A stretch of DNA of 64,000 nt from a virus: IMG/VR virus record IMGVR_UViG_3300045988_147264, positions 1-64,000 of that record; one strand, written 5' to 3'. The notes below the pieces were generated by a model, which had not been told where the DNA came from, made no database searches, and saw only the letters and a program-made list of their open reading frames with translations. Shown here one piece after another: positions 21,655 through 31,410 of this stretch (its first letter is position 1; every line of letters starts with the position of its first letter). Both the position numbers and the translations under genes were made by a program.

Positions 21655-24600
21655 TTATTCAGAATATCTTACAAGAAGATTGTGGAATTCCATTATGTAT
21701 GGATTATTCTCAGACACGTTATCTTTGATTAGTCTAAGATGAATCCACGGACTCCTGATTCTATTTAACTTACGTGGGTCATTCATATCCCTTGGAATAT
21801 TGGCACGCCATATCCTAAACTTCCGCTGAAGATCAAACGGCGGAATCTCACGACGAGTTAAATCGGCTTCTCCGCGCTGATAATCGTTCCAGACATATAA
21901 TTTATCAAACGATTCGCGAACGTCGCTCTCTGCTGGTTTATTCGCGTCATATTTATCAATGTCAGTCATGCTCGCAATATATTCTATATTATTAAACGTC
22001 TTGTCAAGCATTGAATCTGGATTGATACGATATTCAATATAATATGGCTTATATTCGCCAAAGAAACAATTGTACTTTCCATCGTTTTGCAACCACATCA
22101 TATCGTTCTTCAATGAAACGAAATTGTCAACAATGTTGAACATTGCCGGTACGTTCTCATAAGACATAAAAGAAGTGAACTGTCCGAGTTTTTCGGACCA
22201 TACAAGAGAGATGTTCTTGAACGTGAAGTACACATCATCCTTATTACGGTCGTAATGTGTTATCTCATTATTGAAATCTCCTGGACGCCACTCATCAGTC
22301 TGCCTATTGTCAAGCATCCATTTGGCAAATCCGTTCTGTGAGGAAATGGATTTGATTCCATTACCACCCATGACATTTATAGAGGCATTCAGGTCATCAA
22401 TGAAATACAAACCCATTGGTGTTTCTTTGATTGACCATTTATTAATGCAACCCTGATTTCCTGTCATATAACGTACGCCATTAACCTTACCAGAGTTAGT
22501 TATCTCTATGGGCTGACCAGATGTTGTTGCTATCTGTGTCATCGGATTAAACAATATCTGAAAAATCGCCTCGTCTTGAAAACCATACAACGTGTCGTTA
22601 AACTTGCGGATTGCGTTGATTTTTCCCTTAGTGCTATCAACATCGAATGTCGATGCGGCTGTAAGACTCGTCCACGAATCGGTCAACTCTCCATAGCTTT
22701 TTGTCAATGAGGCCATGAATTGGTTTACGAACCTGTTTGTGCTATATCTTGACAACGGTAAGGAATGGAACGAAAAGAAATTATTCTTTTGATTATAGAC
22801 GTCATTGAATAAATTCATATTCGTCGGCCTCAAATAGGTGCCAAACGTAGTCCCGCGATTATTGTCATAACGTCCGTCAAGATTCTTATAACTCTCAATC
22901 ATCACCGAGGCAACCTCAACAATACTGTTTGTATCACCTTCGGTGTATGGATACGTTTTTAAACAATCCCAACGCTGGTAATATGTATCACCGTCGTTAA
23001 GCACAAGACTCTTCCAAGAAAGGTCACTGATATTCATGGATTCACTGGCAACGCTCCAAGTCTCTTGAGAAGCGGCTTCCTCGTTATTTATATCAGCAAA
23101 TACAGATGCGTCTGTATTTCTATAGATTTCTCCAATTATCAATTGAGACCTAGTATCATGAGTCACACCAAGGCTATCGGTTTTTATTATATTATGATGA
23201 ACCTCTTCTCCAGCATCTGCGATCTTAACAAGACTGCCTTGCGATACAAGGACCTGTTTAGCTTGTCCTGTAATCGTGCTTGTCATTACTTTAATATCAC
23301 CGCTTTTTACGAATTTATATGTACCTACATATTCTCTAAGCTCATTTATTTTTATGAGATTGTCATACTGAATTTCAGGAACAACTTGGAAATAGCACGT
23401 CTCGTTATTAGAGCCATACCATACAAAATCATATTGTGATGGATCCAACGCATTTTCTAACATATTCTGGTTATCTCTGACATATCCAACGACTCTGAGC
23501 AGTACATTATTTAAATAATCAAAGCCTATACGTAAACCACTTGTCACGAAAAACAGGCACCCGCTAGCCCAATTACCAGTTGACGTTTTATCACCTTTGA
23601 AGAACTTAAGCATTCTGTCAAAATCTGCTTGCATAACAACCTTTTCGTTCATTGGTTCAACCGCTCCGACATCTTTCGCTATTTTGTATTTAACCCAAAA
23701 CAAATCATTATCTGACGCCATTAGATCAACATCTTCCTCGAGAAGATGAGGTAAGTTTGTTGAATATTCAGACGACTCGTTGTTAAATGAAAATACTGCA
23801 TGCGTTGTTGACTTATATTTTATCTGGACAGGAGAATTTGTTACAAGAGTTCCATTCTTTGCCTTAAATATATCGGTATCTCTGTCTTCATCTGAATACA
23901 CTAGATTATCAGCGATCGTTATTCCACCGATAAATTGATTTACATCATAATTTTTTAATGGATATAAGAACGCAGTTGATGGAAGTATTGCGGTAAATTC
24001 TCCTTCAGAAAAACTCAACGACGGCTTTACAAGTTCTCCGTTTGGATATATTCCACTAGTTGTATATATATAAGTTGATCGGCCAGAAGGGGATACAGTC
24101 GTATTGCATGACCCTGTATATGCCCTATTAACAAATTGCTTTATCTTATCGTCTGGATTTTCCGGCCTGTCAAGAAATAAATATTCTGTCGAAGTATCGT
24201 CCTTATCATAAATCTTGCAATTTGTTATTCCCTTATACCCTTCATCGTGTCCTTTTCCCCAATAAACATCATACAATGTTTCATTTGAATATCTAATATT
24301 GCTTAGGAGCTTATGCTTAAGCTGAGAGTATAGTACCGTACTATCTGGATATCTGTAAGCATTAGATAAAGAACCAGAGCGTTGCCAAGGGTATACAGCG
24401 AATCTAAGTCTGGCGCCTTTCTTTGTATAAATAGTATCCCATAATATCGTGCCATCGTTTTTGCTAATAGGGACATCCGCCCAACCGGCAATTCTTGTCA
24501 TAATTCCACTTGCTTCGGTGTTTATAACAGAATCATTGACAGCGCCAACATTTCCGCCAATAATAGACTGTGTGTCGGCTTCTATAATATACTTGCCAGA

Positions 24601-26439
24601 AGACGTTACCAACGGCGCTCTACCAACAATCGCGAAATCAAAATTCGTCGAGGATTTATCTGTCTCGTTAATGTCCGGACTATTAATTGTAACGGTGTTT
24701 CTGTCAACAAAGAATGAATCATTGTTTTCGGCGCTGACCTCATTTGTTGGCATAGAAAAATAATATCTATACTCAACGCCTTCAGAATCTTCCTTAATGA
24801 CACAGTTGTCCTGTGATGATATCTCTGAAGAATCAACGCCATTTGGCCTAAGCATTCTTGCGTGTTTATACTCAATATCGTCACCTTCCGCCCTAAAGAA
24901 CCACGATGATCTTGCATACGGTTGATTATTAAACCTCTCATTCATCTGAGCAACGGTTGGACACACTATACCTTGCCAAGCCACATTGCGTTGTGATGCT
25001 TCTGGATAAACAACAACAGCCCTGCATCGTTTATATTCCTCAAGAAAAGACACGTCGTTACCGGTATCCACGACAGTTATGTTACGTAAACTCTCCGGAT
25101 CGAGTGAATAATAAAACGTTGGTACAGTAAACTCATCTGTAGGATGCGGCTCGTCATTGCCATTATTGTCGAGTTTCCCTCCGGTAGTCATCATCTTATA
25201 ATCACCTACCCATACAGGATCACTCCATTTTCCATAGATATCCTGGAATTGAATGCCAAGACGATACCAGTTACCGCCTTTGAAATAAGCGTTGTTTAGC
25301 CCTTTTGTGTGTGGATTAAATGGAAATAAACCGGTAATACCGTTATCTGGCTTATCAATCGTCCTCATCGATTTACCAACCGTAACAGCAGAGCGTATCT
25401 TTTCGCGAGCTTCTTTTGACAACAACACCCTGTTTGTTGTTATGTCTCCAAGAAATAGAGTATTGTCTTTTTGAGCCATAGTTGACGCCGTGATATTTTC
25501 TCCACCTTTATAGAGTAGTTCGGACGGCTCCATTGCAGAACCATTTGTATTATCATCGACATAATCAATCGGTTGAGCCGACAGAGTTGACGACCCTGAT
25601 GACTTAACTATCGCGATCTGCGTGACAAACTTTGCTTGAGCTATTCCATTAAGACTAGTACGAATGACTCTATAAATATTCACGAAATCAAACGACGGGT
25701 CCGGATACGTTATTCCAATACGAAAACCACAATTGACGATATCGTTCTCACTTGCGCCCTTGTCCTCGCGAGTTAACTGAAATAATTGAGAAGACCAGAA
25801 AATTGATGATTCCTGTCCGTAGCGCTTGCTATATGTAAAGAAATATTGAATTACGCCTGACGGCCATTGGCCATGTATATCATAATCTTTTGTGATTTTG
25901 CATGAATCAGCAAGCTCAATTTCCATGACAAAGTCAAACTGTGTTCTTTTCCCGCCATAAGTTGCGGATAATACAAATTCGCCATTCTTGATGTCAATGT
26001 TTCCGGTAATATTGACGACCCTTGGCTGATTAACACCGTCGAGCCAGTAAACCTTTACAACATCATCTTTCTCGTAAACACCGAGAGTTTCAATTCCTCT
26101 GTCTTTAGAAAAGTTAAGGTTGCCATTAAATATTGTGACTCGTCTGAACTGGTCTTTATTTAGATAATCTATTCTATATATATGATCAAATCCTTCTCCT
26201 TCCGTAGTGAATATCACCGCGTATTTGTTTACTACGCAATAACCAAGAACGCAACCTGGAATATAGAAATCACCTATACGACGATTACCTTTTTCATTAG
26301 TGACCGATAGCAGGGAGTTCTTCTCATTCTCCGTAATACGGATATTAAAATTCTCAAAGGCGAACTTATTCTCCGCCTTGCTGATGGACAAGTCCCTGTT
26401 CATGCCCATATTGAGAAATTGTTCTACCTTATTGAGCAT
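21655..26439 (-). CDS. Giant tail protein (1594 aa). Candidate tail hub or muzzle.
   Basis: 4.8 kb ORF immediately downstream of the connector/tail-sized genes and upstream of the cargo-like giants. Beta-rich, Asn/Asp/Tyr-rich composition typical of tail hub and receptor-binding proteins. Called from position and size only. Confidence 0.35.
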   Translation of the reverse strand: MLNKVEQFLNMGMNRDLSISKAENKFAFENFNIRITENEKNSLLSVTNEKGNRRIGDFYIPGCVLGYCVVNKYAVIFTTEGEGFDHIYRIDYLNKDQFRRVTIFNGNLNFSKDRGIETLGVYEKDDVVKVYWLDGVNQPRVVNITGNIDIKNGEFVLSATYGGKRTQFDFVMEIELADSCKITKDYDIHGQWPSGVIQYFFTYSKRYGQESSIFWSSQLFQLTREDKGASENDIVNCGFRIGITYPDPSFDFVNIYRVIRTSLNGIAQAKFVTQIAIVKSSGSSTLSAQPIDYVDDNTNGSAMEPSELLYKGGENITASTMAQKDNTLFLGDITTNRVLLSKEAREKIRSAVTVGKSMRTIDKPDNGITGLFPFNPHTKGLNNAYFKGGNWYRLGIQFQDIYGKWSDPVWVGDYKMMTTGGKLDNNGNDEPHPTDEFTVPTFYYSLDPESLRNITVVDTGNDVSFLEEYKRCRAVVVYPEASQRNVAWQGIVCPTVAQMNERFNNQPYARSSWFFRAEGDDIEYKHARMLRPNGVDSSEISSQDNCVIKEDSEGVEYRYYFSMPTNEVSAENNDSFFVDRNTVTINSPDINETDKSSTNFDFAIVGRAPLVTSSGKYIIEADTQSIIGGNVGAVNDSVINTEASGIMTRIAGWADVPISKNDGTILWDTIYTKKGARLRFAVYPWQRSGSLSNAYRYPDSTVLYSQLKHKLLSNIRYSNETLYDVYWGKGHDEGYKGITNCKIYDKDDTSTEYLFLDRPENPDDKIKQFVNRAYTGSCNTTVSPSGRSTYIYTTSGIYPNGELVKPSLSFSEGEFTAILPSTAFLYPLKNYDVNQFIGGITIADNLVYSDEDRDTDIFKAKNGTLVTNSPVQIKYKSTTHAVFSFNNESSEYSTNLPHLLEEDVDLMASDNDLFWVKYKIAKDVGAVEPMNEKVVMQADFDRMLKFFKGDKTSTGNWASGCLFFVTSGLRIGFDYLNNVLLRVVGYVRDNQNMLENALDPSQYDFVWYGSNNETCYFQVVPEIQYDNLIKINELREYVGTYKFVKSGDIKVMTSTITGQAKQVLVSQGSLVKIADAGEEVHHNIIKTDSLGVTHDTRSQLIIGEIYRNTDASVFADINNEEAASQETWSVASESMNISDLSWKSLVLNDGDTYYQRWDCLKTYPYTEGDTNSIVEVASVMIESYKNLDGRYDNNRGTTFGTYLRPTNMNLFNDVYNQKNNFFSFHSLPLSRYSTNRFVNQFMASLTKSYGELTDSWTSLTAASTFDVDSTKGKINAIRKFNDTLYGFQDEAIFQILFNPMTQIATTSGQPIEITNSGKVNGVRYMTGNQGCINKWSIKETPMGLYFIDDLNASINVMGGNGIKSISSQNGFAKWMLDNRQTDEWRPGDFNNEITHYDRNKDDVYFTFKNISLVWSEKLGQFTSFMSYENVPAMFNIVDNFVSLKNDMMWLQNDGKYNCFFGEYKPYYIEYRINPDSMLDKTFNNIEYIASMTDIDKYDANKPAESDVRESFDKLYVWNDYQRGEADLTRREIPPFDLQRKFRIWRANIPRDMNDPRKLNRIRSPWIHLRLIKDNVSENNPYIMEFHNLLVRYSE

Positions 26440-26442
26440 ATA

Positions 26443-27126
26443 TTATCGTTTAAAGTATTCCTTATTACCGTTGCGGATAAACCCAGAGTTATGCTGTGTA
26501 TGCCTGAGCAACAGCGTGCTCCATTGATTAAAGAACGATTCCGCCTTGTCAAGAGACATCCTGTTAGACTCCGATTCAGCGCTGCCGACAGACCACGCAT
26601 AATCCTGCTTGGCTTGATTAAGAACGTTTACGTTTATTTTACCAAGATCAAATAATATTGTAAAATAATTTACCTTTATATAATCTTTCAGAGCCCTAAG
26701 AAACGTTGGGTTATCTGGCAGCAGTGGAAATCCTTCACTGTCAACGGCTATTGCGTTATAGACAATTTCAATCTTTCCTTTCTCCGTAGAGGTATATATG
26801 ACTCCGCCTTGAATCTTATACGTCAGGTCAACCAATGGTTTCTCCTGTTCACTCATATGAAACACATCTGTCGTGTATCTATAAGCCATTCCAACATTTT
26901 CCGCATCGCGTACAGAAATCATGCTTACATAATCACAAGGCAACGCCGCCCTGTACTTACAGATGTCAAGTATATCTACCTTTTGTGTAAATATGGACGG
27001 ACATCCAAGTATTCTCATGAAGTTAACAACGTGATGAACAACCGTTTCAAGCGGTATCGACTGTAACATTGGGTGCAAGTACAGCTCGTCCATCAATTCC
27101 TTTATGCTGATAGTCTTATCTTCCAT
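26443..27126 (-). CDS. Hypothetical structural or assembly protein (227 aa).
   Basis: ORF in a tightly packed operon, 3 nt before the 1594-aa gene. Confidence 0.4.
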   Translation of the reverse strand: MEDKTISIKELMDELYLHPMLQSIPLETVVHHVVNFMRILGCPSIFTQKVDILDICKYRAALPCDYVSMISVRDAENVGMAYRYTTDVFHMSEQEKPLVDLTYKIQGGVIYTSTEKGKIEIVYNAIAVDSEGFPLLPDNPTFLRALKDYIKVNYFTILFDLGKINVNVLNQAKQDYAWSVGSAESESNRMSLDKAESFFNQWSTLLLRHTQHNSGFIRNGNKEYFKR

Positions 27127-27661
27127 CGCTTTGATATCTTAATGGTGCGTCACATACCACACCGTTCTTGATGTTGTCTTTAATTTTCGCCTTGAGTATT
27201 CTGTTGAAATAAAACTTATAGAACGACACGTTCTTATAAAGTCTACTCTTCTCCCACATTGGAATAAACGTCTTTGGCGAAGTGTATTTTACCAATACCT
27301 TATTTTCTCTGGCGTCATCGTCCTCAAACCATAATTTTAGCGTCTCATACCAATTCACACATGACCTTATCTTAACCTCGCCGTCTTGTGATAACACCGC
27401 TGAATCAGTGGCTTTCAATATAAGGCTTCCAAGCCCATATGGAAGAACAATCTCCTTGCCGGCCGCAACGTAGTCACGTATATAGTTACCAACGTTTCTT
27501 ATGGTACGCATAGTCCTGCCCCTGTCCTGCTTGAATTTGTTAAGCTTGTTGTGTGCTATATAATTATAGAATTCAAACGAGCCATGTGAGTTTGATACAG
27601 AAAACTGCTTCTGTGTAGCACGCCTTGTCTTTGCGCTATATTCTTCAAACGTATTTTCCAT
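27116..27661 (-). CDS. Hypothetical protein (181 aa).
   Basis: ORF overlapping the downstream gene by 11 nt. Confidence 0.4.
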   Translation of the reverse strand: MENTFEEYSAKTRRATQKQFSVSNSHGSFEFYNYIAHNKLNKFKQDRGRTMRTIRNVGNYIRDYVAAGKEIVLPYGLGSLILKATDSAVLSQDGEVKIRSCVNWYETLKLWFEDDDARENKVLVKYTSPKTFIPMWEKSRLYKNVSFYKFYFNRILKAKIKDNIKNGVVCDAPLRYQSDGR

Positions 27662-27668
27662 TTTAAGG

Positions 27669-28373
27669 CTATTTAGAGGCGCTCTCAGCGCGTTTTACAC
27701 TTAATCCGGATAGATCATCATCCGCGTTGTTTTTGTCGTCCTTAGGGGCGTAAACGGACTGTGACATTGTTTTGACGGTGTAATCAACTACAAGTTGGAT
27801 CAGACTTTCCTCCATTGGGAACTGCCTGTCAAGAATATCGCACTCAACGCAGTCTCCGGCGAGTTTGCTTGCCTTATCAGCGTCATCAAAGATACCTCGG
27901 AAATTAACCTTATTAAGATAAATGAACTGAGGGTTAGCTGACTTAATGTACAGATGCTGATCTGGTCCTATGGCCGCGTACATCATGTTTTTAAGATATT
28001 TGTTTCCACAGGCGTATTTAAATCGCCTCATTGACACACAGGTTATCTCGTGCTCAAAGAAATCTTCCGCAAATACATATTGCGTTCCCACCTCAAGCAT
28101 AGGAGGTATCTCCTGTACACTTCTCAGATAATGTGCTGATGGGCAGCTGATACCATTTATTGATGCCGTCACATCCATATCGAGCACAACTGTCTGATAA
28201 TTATCGTCATTGACCGCATTTTGGTCAAGTTCTTTTTCATACTTTTTCTTAAGAACAAGCGACCTGAATTTATTAAGCAGATATATCACGTGGTCTTCCG
28301 TGAAATAGCTGTCGTCTGAATTAACTTTGAGCAAATCCAGACACATGTATACAACTTCTCTATATGTAGACAT
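27669..28373 (-). CDS. Hypothetical protein (234 aa).
   Basis: The track ORF extends to 28403 through a TTG codon inside the upstream terminator hairpin. The first ATG (MSTYREV...) is at 28373, just after the terminator U-tract. Confidence 0.4.
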   Translation of the reverse strand: MSTYREVVYMCLDLLKVNSDDSYFTEDHVIYLLNKFRSLVLKKKYEKELDQNAVNDDNYQTVVLDMDVTASINGISCPSAHYLRSVQEIPPMLEVGTQYVFAEDFFEHEITCVSMRRFKYACGNKYLKNMMYAAIGPDQHLYIKSANPQFIYLNKVNFRGIFDDADKASKLAGDCVECDILDRQFPMEESLIQLVVDYTVKTMSQSVYAPKDDKNNADDDLSGLSVKRAESASK

Positions 28374-28385
28374 AGTGTTATAAAT

Positions 28386-28434
28386 AAAAAAAACTTGTCG
28401 CAAAGATAGTGAAAATCCATCAATGCGACAAGTT
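28386..28434 (-). terminator. Strong rho-independent terminator with a TATCTTTG promoter element embedded in its loop.
   Basis: Perfect 10-bp stem ACTTGTCGCA/TGCGACAAGT with a 21-nt loop, followed on the minus strand by U8. The loop contains CAAAGATA at 28401-28408. Confidence 0.65.
28401..28408 (-). promoter_or_regulatory. TATCTTTG -7-like element upstream of the 234-aa gene.
   Basis: Same 8-mer as the other five copies. Here it lies inside the terminator loop, 28 nt upstream of the ATG at 28373. Confidence 0.3.
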
Positions 28435-28441
28435 AATTAAT

Positions 28442-28699
28442 CTATTTATTATGTAATGCAACAACTTTGATCTTATGTTTGGTATCGCGTGGACACAATT
28501 GAGACACCCTTGAGAGCAGCGTTGTCAGCATATAATAATCATCATCGCTGATCAACTGATCGAAATCGCCATCTAGAAGATATGTGACAAATCGTTCAAT
28601 AAGCACATTCTTCATTATGTCACTTCTGTAAACGCCGACATGCCTGAGAGTTCTGAAATACTCAAGCAAATCCATTTTATAACTATTCGTCACTAACAT
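28442..28699 (-). CDS. Small hypothetical protein (~85 aa).
   Basis: The track ORF 28442..28765 overlaps the upstream gene by 65 nt. The ATG at 28699 (MLVTNSYK...) lies 1 nt after the upstream TGA, giving a compact coupled arrangement. Confidence 0.35.
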   Translation of the reverse strand: MLVTNSYKMDLLEYFRTLRHVGVYRSDIMKNVLIERFVTYLLDGDFDQLISDDDYYMLTTLLSRVSQLCPRDTKHKIKVVALHNK

Positions 28700-28700
28700 A

Positions 28701-29588
28701 TCACCTACAATTACATGTGGCAACTTTGGCTCCACTATTAATGAATGTTCTCTTCCAGAGGTCAATCGCCATGTTTAAATCACCACACTCAATTGCGAAC
28801 TTGATTGCATCATTTTTAAGGATATAGTCCATGAATGGAACATAAGGAATATCATCGCATCCGGCGCGCAACATCTGTTTTATATATGACATAGAAAGAT
28901 CATAAAACCCTTTCCAGTCAATTGTAATACCAACAACGTATCCGTCACTGATCGATGGAGTGTTACCACCACCAATGGCTTCTATATGGATAGTATGTTC
29001 TCCACCATTGGCATCAAATATAGCAAATTTACTTGATTGACCAACAACGGAAAGCCTTATATCACTCGTATCAGAAGGGTTGCTTACGGGAACGTCATCG
29101 ACAGAGGCATTCCACGTCCTACCATCCGTTGATTCACCACTTATCTTTCCGTACTCTACGTAAACCACAAGCATGTTATTTGCAAACGTGCCAAGCGTTT
29201 TACCTTTTTCACAAGGAGTGCAATCAAAGTCTGCCCTGTCATCACAAATCTTATTTGATGTGTCTTTTGTGATTTCTATGGCATAATCCTTTCTTGAGGA
29301 ATCCCATCCATAATAGTTTTCCTGCGTGGCAATATGCGAAAGCTTTGACACACCGGAAATCATGTCTTCCTTATAAAGAGTCGCTTTATAAGAAGTTGAG
29401 CCAACCTCTACATAAAATAACGGCTTCCCTGAAGGTTTGTTGTCACGATTACCTCTGTATGTTGATTGGTCATCAATAGTCACACTCTTTATGACATAAG
29501 ATTCGCCTAAACTGTTAACCAAGTCGATGTCTATATCGAGGCTTAGTCTGTCATCACTTATCTTGAGTTTATTGAATTTAATCTCCAT
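28701..29588 (-). CDS. Hypothetical virion structural protein (295 aa).
   Basis: ORF following a terminator. Beta-rich composition. Confidence 0.4.
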   Translation of the reverse strand: MEIKFNKLKISDDRLSLDIDIDLVNSLGESYVIKSVTIDDQSTYRGNRDNKPSGKPLFYVEVGSTSYKATLYKEDMISGVSKLSHIATQENYYGWDSSRKDYAIEITKDTSNKICDDRADFDCTPCEKGKTLGTFANNMLVVYVEYGKISGESTDGRTWNASVDDVPVSNPSDTSDIRLSVVGQSSKFAIFDANGGEHTIHIEAIGGGNTPSISDGYVVGITIDWKGFYDLSMSYIKQMLRAGCDDIPYVPFMDYILKNDAIKFAIECGDLNMAIDLWKRTFINSGAKVATCNCR

Positions 29589-29600
29589 ATCGACTTGTTA

Positions 29601-29628
29601 ATAAAAAAGGGGCGCTTGTGACGCCCCT
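29601..29628 (-). terminator. Rho-independent terminator after the 333-aa gene.
   Basis: Stem AGGGGCG/CGCCCCT (7 bp GC-rich) with loop CTTGTGA, followed on the minus strand by UUUUUUAUU. Confidence 0.65.
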
Positions 29629-29643
29629 TCAGTTGGATATATA

Positions 29644-30645
29644 TTAGGCCACGTCAGCCTTGGCACCGTCATTGAAGTAAACGGTGAGTCCGAGGACCTT
29701 GGCGATATCGTTAGCATCGGTTGCCTTGAGTACACCGGCCGGAGCCACAAGCGTGAGTGTCTTTGCTGAGTGCTGGATATCCTCGTTATCACCATTCCAG
29801 TAATACTGAATGTCAATGGCATCATAACCAGCAGCAAGATTCGGATCAACAAGATACTTAGTGTCAATGTTGTTCGGCCAACCAACGAGACGATAGATGT
29901 CTCCACGCTCGCCATGAGTGAAATACTCAAGGTCGGCGATATCACGAGCATTACTGAGAATTGCGCCAGTGACTGGGTCAGTAGCATCCACAACAGCAGG
30001 CTCACTCACAACAATCCAGTCATAGCGGAGACCGTCGATGAACACAGGAACTCCGGATACGACAAAGTGGAGAACCTCCTGTTGCATCTTGCCAAGATGC
30101 CAAGGCTGCATGCACTCTGTAACGACAACGCCGTTAGTCGTATCATCGTCAACCTTAATAATAGGAGTGATTGAGTTCTCCTTCTTGAAGGCCTTGACAA
30201 TGGCATTCTTGAGAGCGGTATAGAAATCGGCCTTTGACATAGCCTTCTTGACATAAACATCTGCGTGCTTCACAATCTGCTCGGCATCCGACATTCCAAT
30301 AAACTGAAAATAAGTGAACCTTGCGATATATGAATAGCCGGCAGGAACATTTCCATCTGGATCAAGAACATCATCACTGACAGTGAGAGTGTACTTCTTT
30401 GCCTTTGGGGCAGTCTTAGCCGCCGACCTAAAAGAGACTGACACAGCCTTACCGCAATCGATAAGATCGGATCTCATAGGCTCTCCTGACGCGCCTACGT
30501 GAGTTACATAAAATGAAGTGCCGCTGAGAGCAGACGGGATGAATGTGGTTCCTGCGGCCGCACCCTTCTTGACAGCAGCTGCATTGGCGCCCTTGGCTGT
30601 AACTACATAAAGCTGGCGCGCCTGATTTACACTAAAATTAGCCAT
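29644..30645 (-). CDS. Probable abundant virion protein (333 aa). Capsid-decoration, auxiliary-capsid or tail-tube candidate.
   Basis: Ala/Val/Gly-rich ORF with locally elevated GC and codon bias similar to the MCP gene. It has its own strong terminator. Confidence 0.35.
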   Translation of the reverse strand: MANFSVNQARQLYVVTAKGANAAAVKKGAAAGTTFIPSALSGTSFYVTHVGASGEPMRSDLIDCGKAVSVSFRSAAKTAPKAKKYTLTVSDDVLDPDGNVPAGYSYIARFTYFQFIGMSDAEQIVKHADVYVKKAMSKADFYTALKNAIVKAFKKENSITPIIKVDDDTTNGVVVTECMQPWHLGKMQQEVLHFVVSGVPVFIDGLRYDWIVVSEPAVVDATDPVTGAILSNARDIADLEYFTHGERGDIYRLVGWPNNIDTKYLVDPNLAAGYDAIDIQYYWNGDNEDIQHSAKTLTLVAPAGVLKATDANDIAKVLGLTVYFNDGAKADVA

Positions 30646-30672
30646 TTTAGAAAATGTTTGTTAAATTGTTTA

Positions 30673-31407
30673 TTATTTCGACGCCGTTACCGTATTTGCC
30701 CAAGTATTCTTCGCCAACTGCACAGCTGTCATTAATATGGCACGCTGCGCGTTATCGCCAAGCTCACATGGATTCTTTGGGTCATACCAGCTGGCGGTCT
30801 CGTCGTAGCCATTCACGGTGAGTCCGTATTCACTGATATTTCCCAATATAATCGGCTTAGGACGCCTTAAATATCTCACGACGTATGATTGTACGTCTCC
30901 ATCGCTGATGAGCTCTGAAACCCTGTCATTTTCGCCTTTCGTGACACGAAGAACCCTTGACCTATTGGGAAATCTGAATGGGTTCTTAAACGTCTTACGA
31001 AGTGTGTCATGCGTCACCGGGACGACATCGACCTCTCGACCATTTGGCCAACAGGAAGATCCGTCTCCTGAAGCGACATTAGCAGTCTCATACACAATGA
31101 ACCACAGGTCGTCTGGCAACATGAAATCCGTGCAAATAAAATAATTAGTTGCCGGTATGTCAGGAAACATACCATCGGACTGTGAAAACTCATGCGTCTT
31201 GACAAGGCGTGAGAGATAACTAGTCAACTCCTCGGATGATTCAAAGGCCATTCCCTCGACACTCCCACGATAGATTGAGATGATCTGGTTTTCCAGAGCC
31301 TCAGTGCAGAACACGCTCTTCTCGTAGTCATTGAGAGAAGGGGCCTGGTTTGATGTGATGTTGTTCCAGAGAATATCAAATTCCCTTGACCATTCCTCAG
31401 ATGTCAT
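30673..31407 (-). CDS. Hypothetical head-tail connector-sized protein (244 aa).
   Basis: ORF 3 nt downstream of the 330-aa gene. Confidence 0.4.
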   Translation of the reverse strand: MTSEEWSREFDILWNNITSNQAPSLNDYEKSVFCTEALENQIISIYRGSVEGMAFESSEELTSYLSRLVKTHEFSQSDGMFPDIPATNYFICTDFMLPDDLWFIVYETANVASGDGSSCWPNGREVDVVPVTHDTLRKTFKNPFRFPNRSRVLRVTKGENDRVSELISDGDVQSYVVRYLRRPKPIILGNISEYGLTVNGYDETASWYDPKNPCELGDNAQRAILMTAVQLAKNTWANTVTASK

Positions 31408-31410
31408 ATG

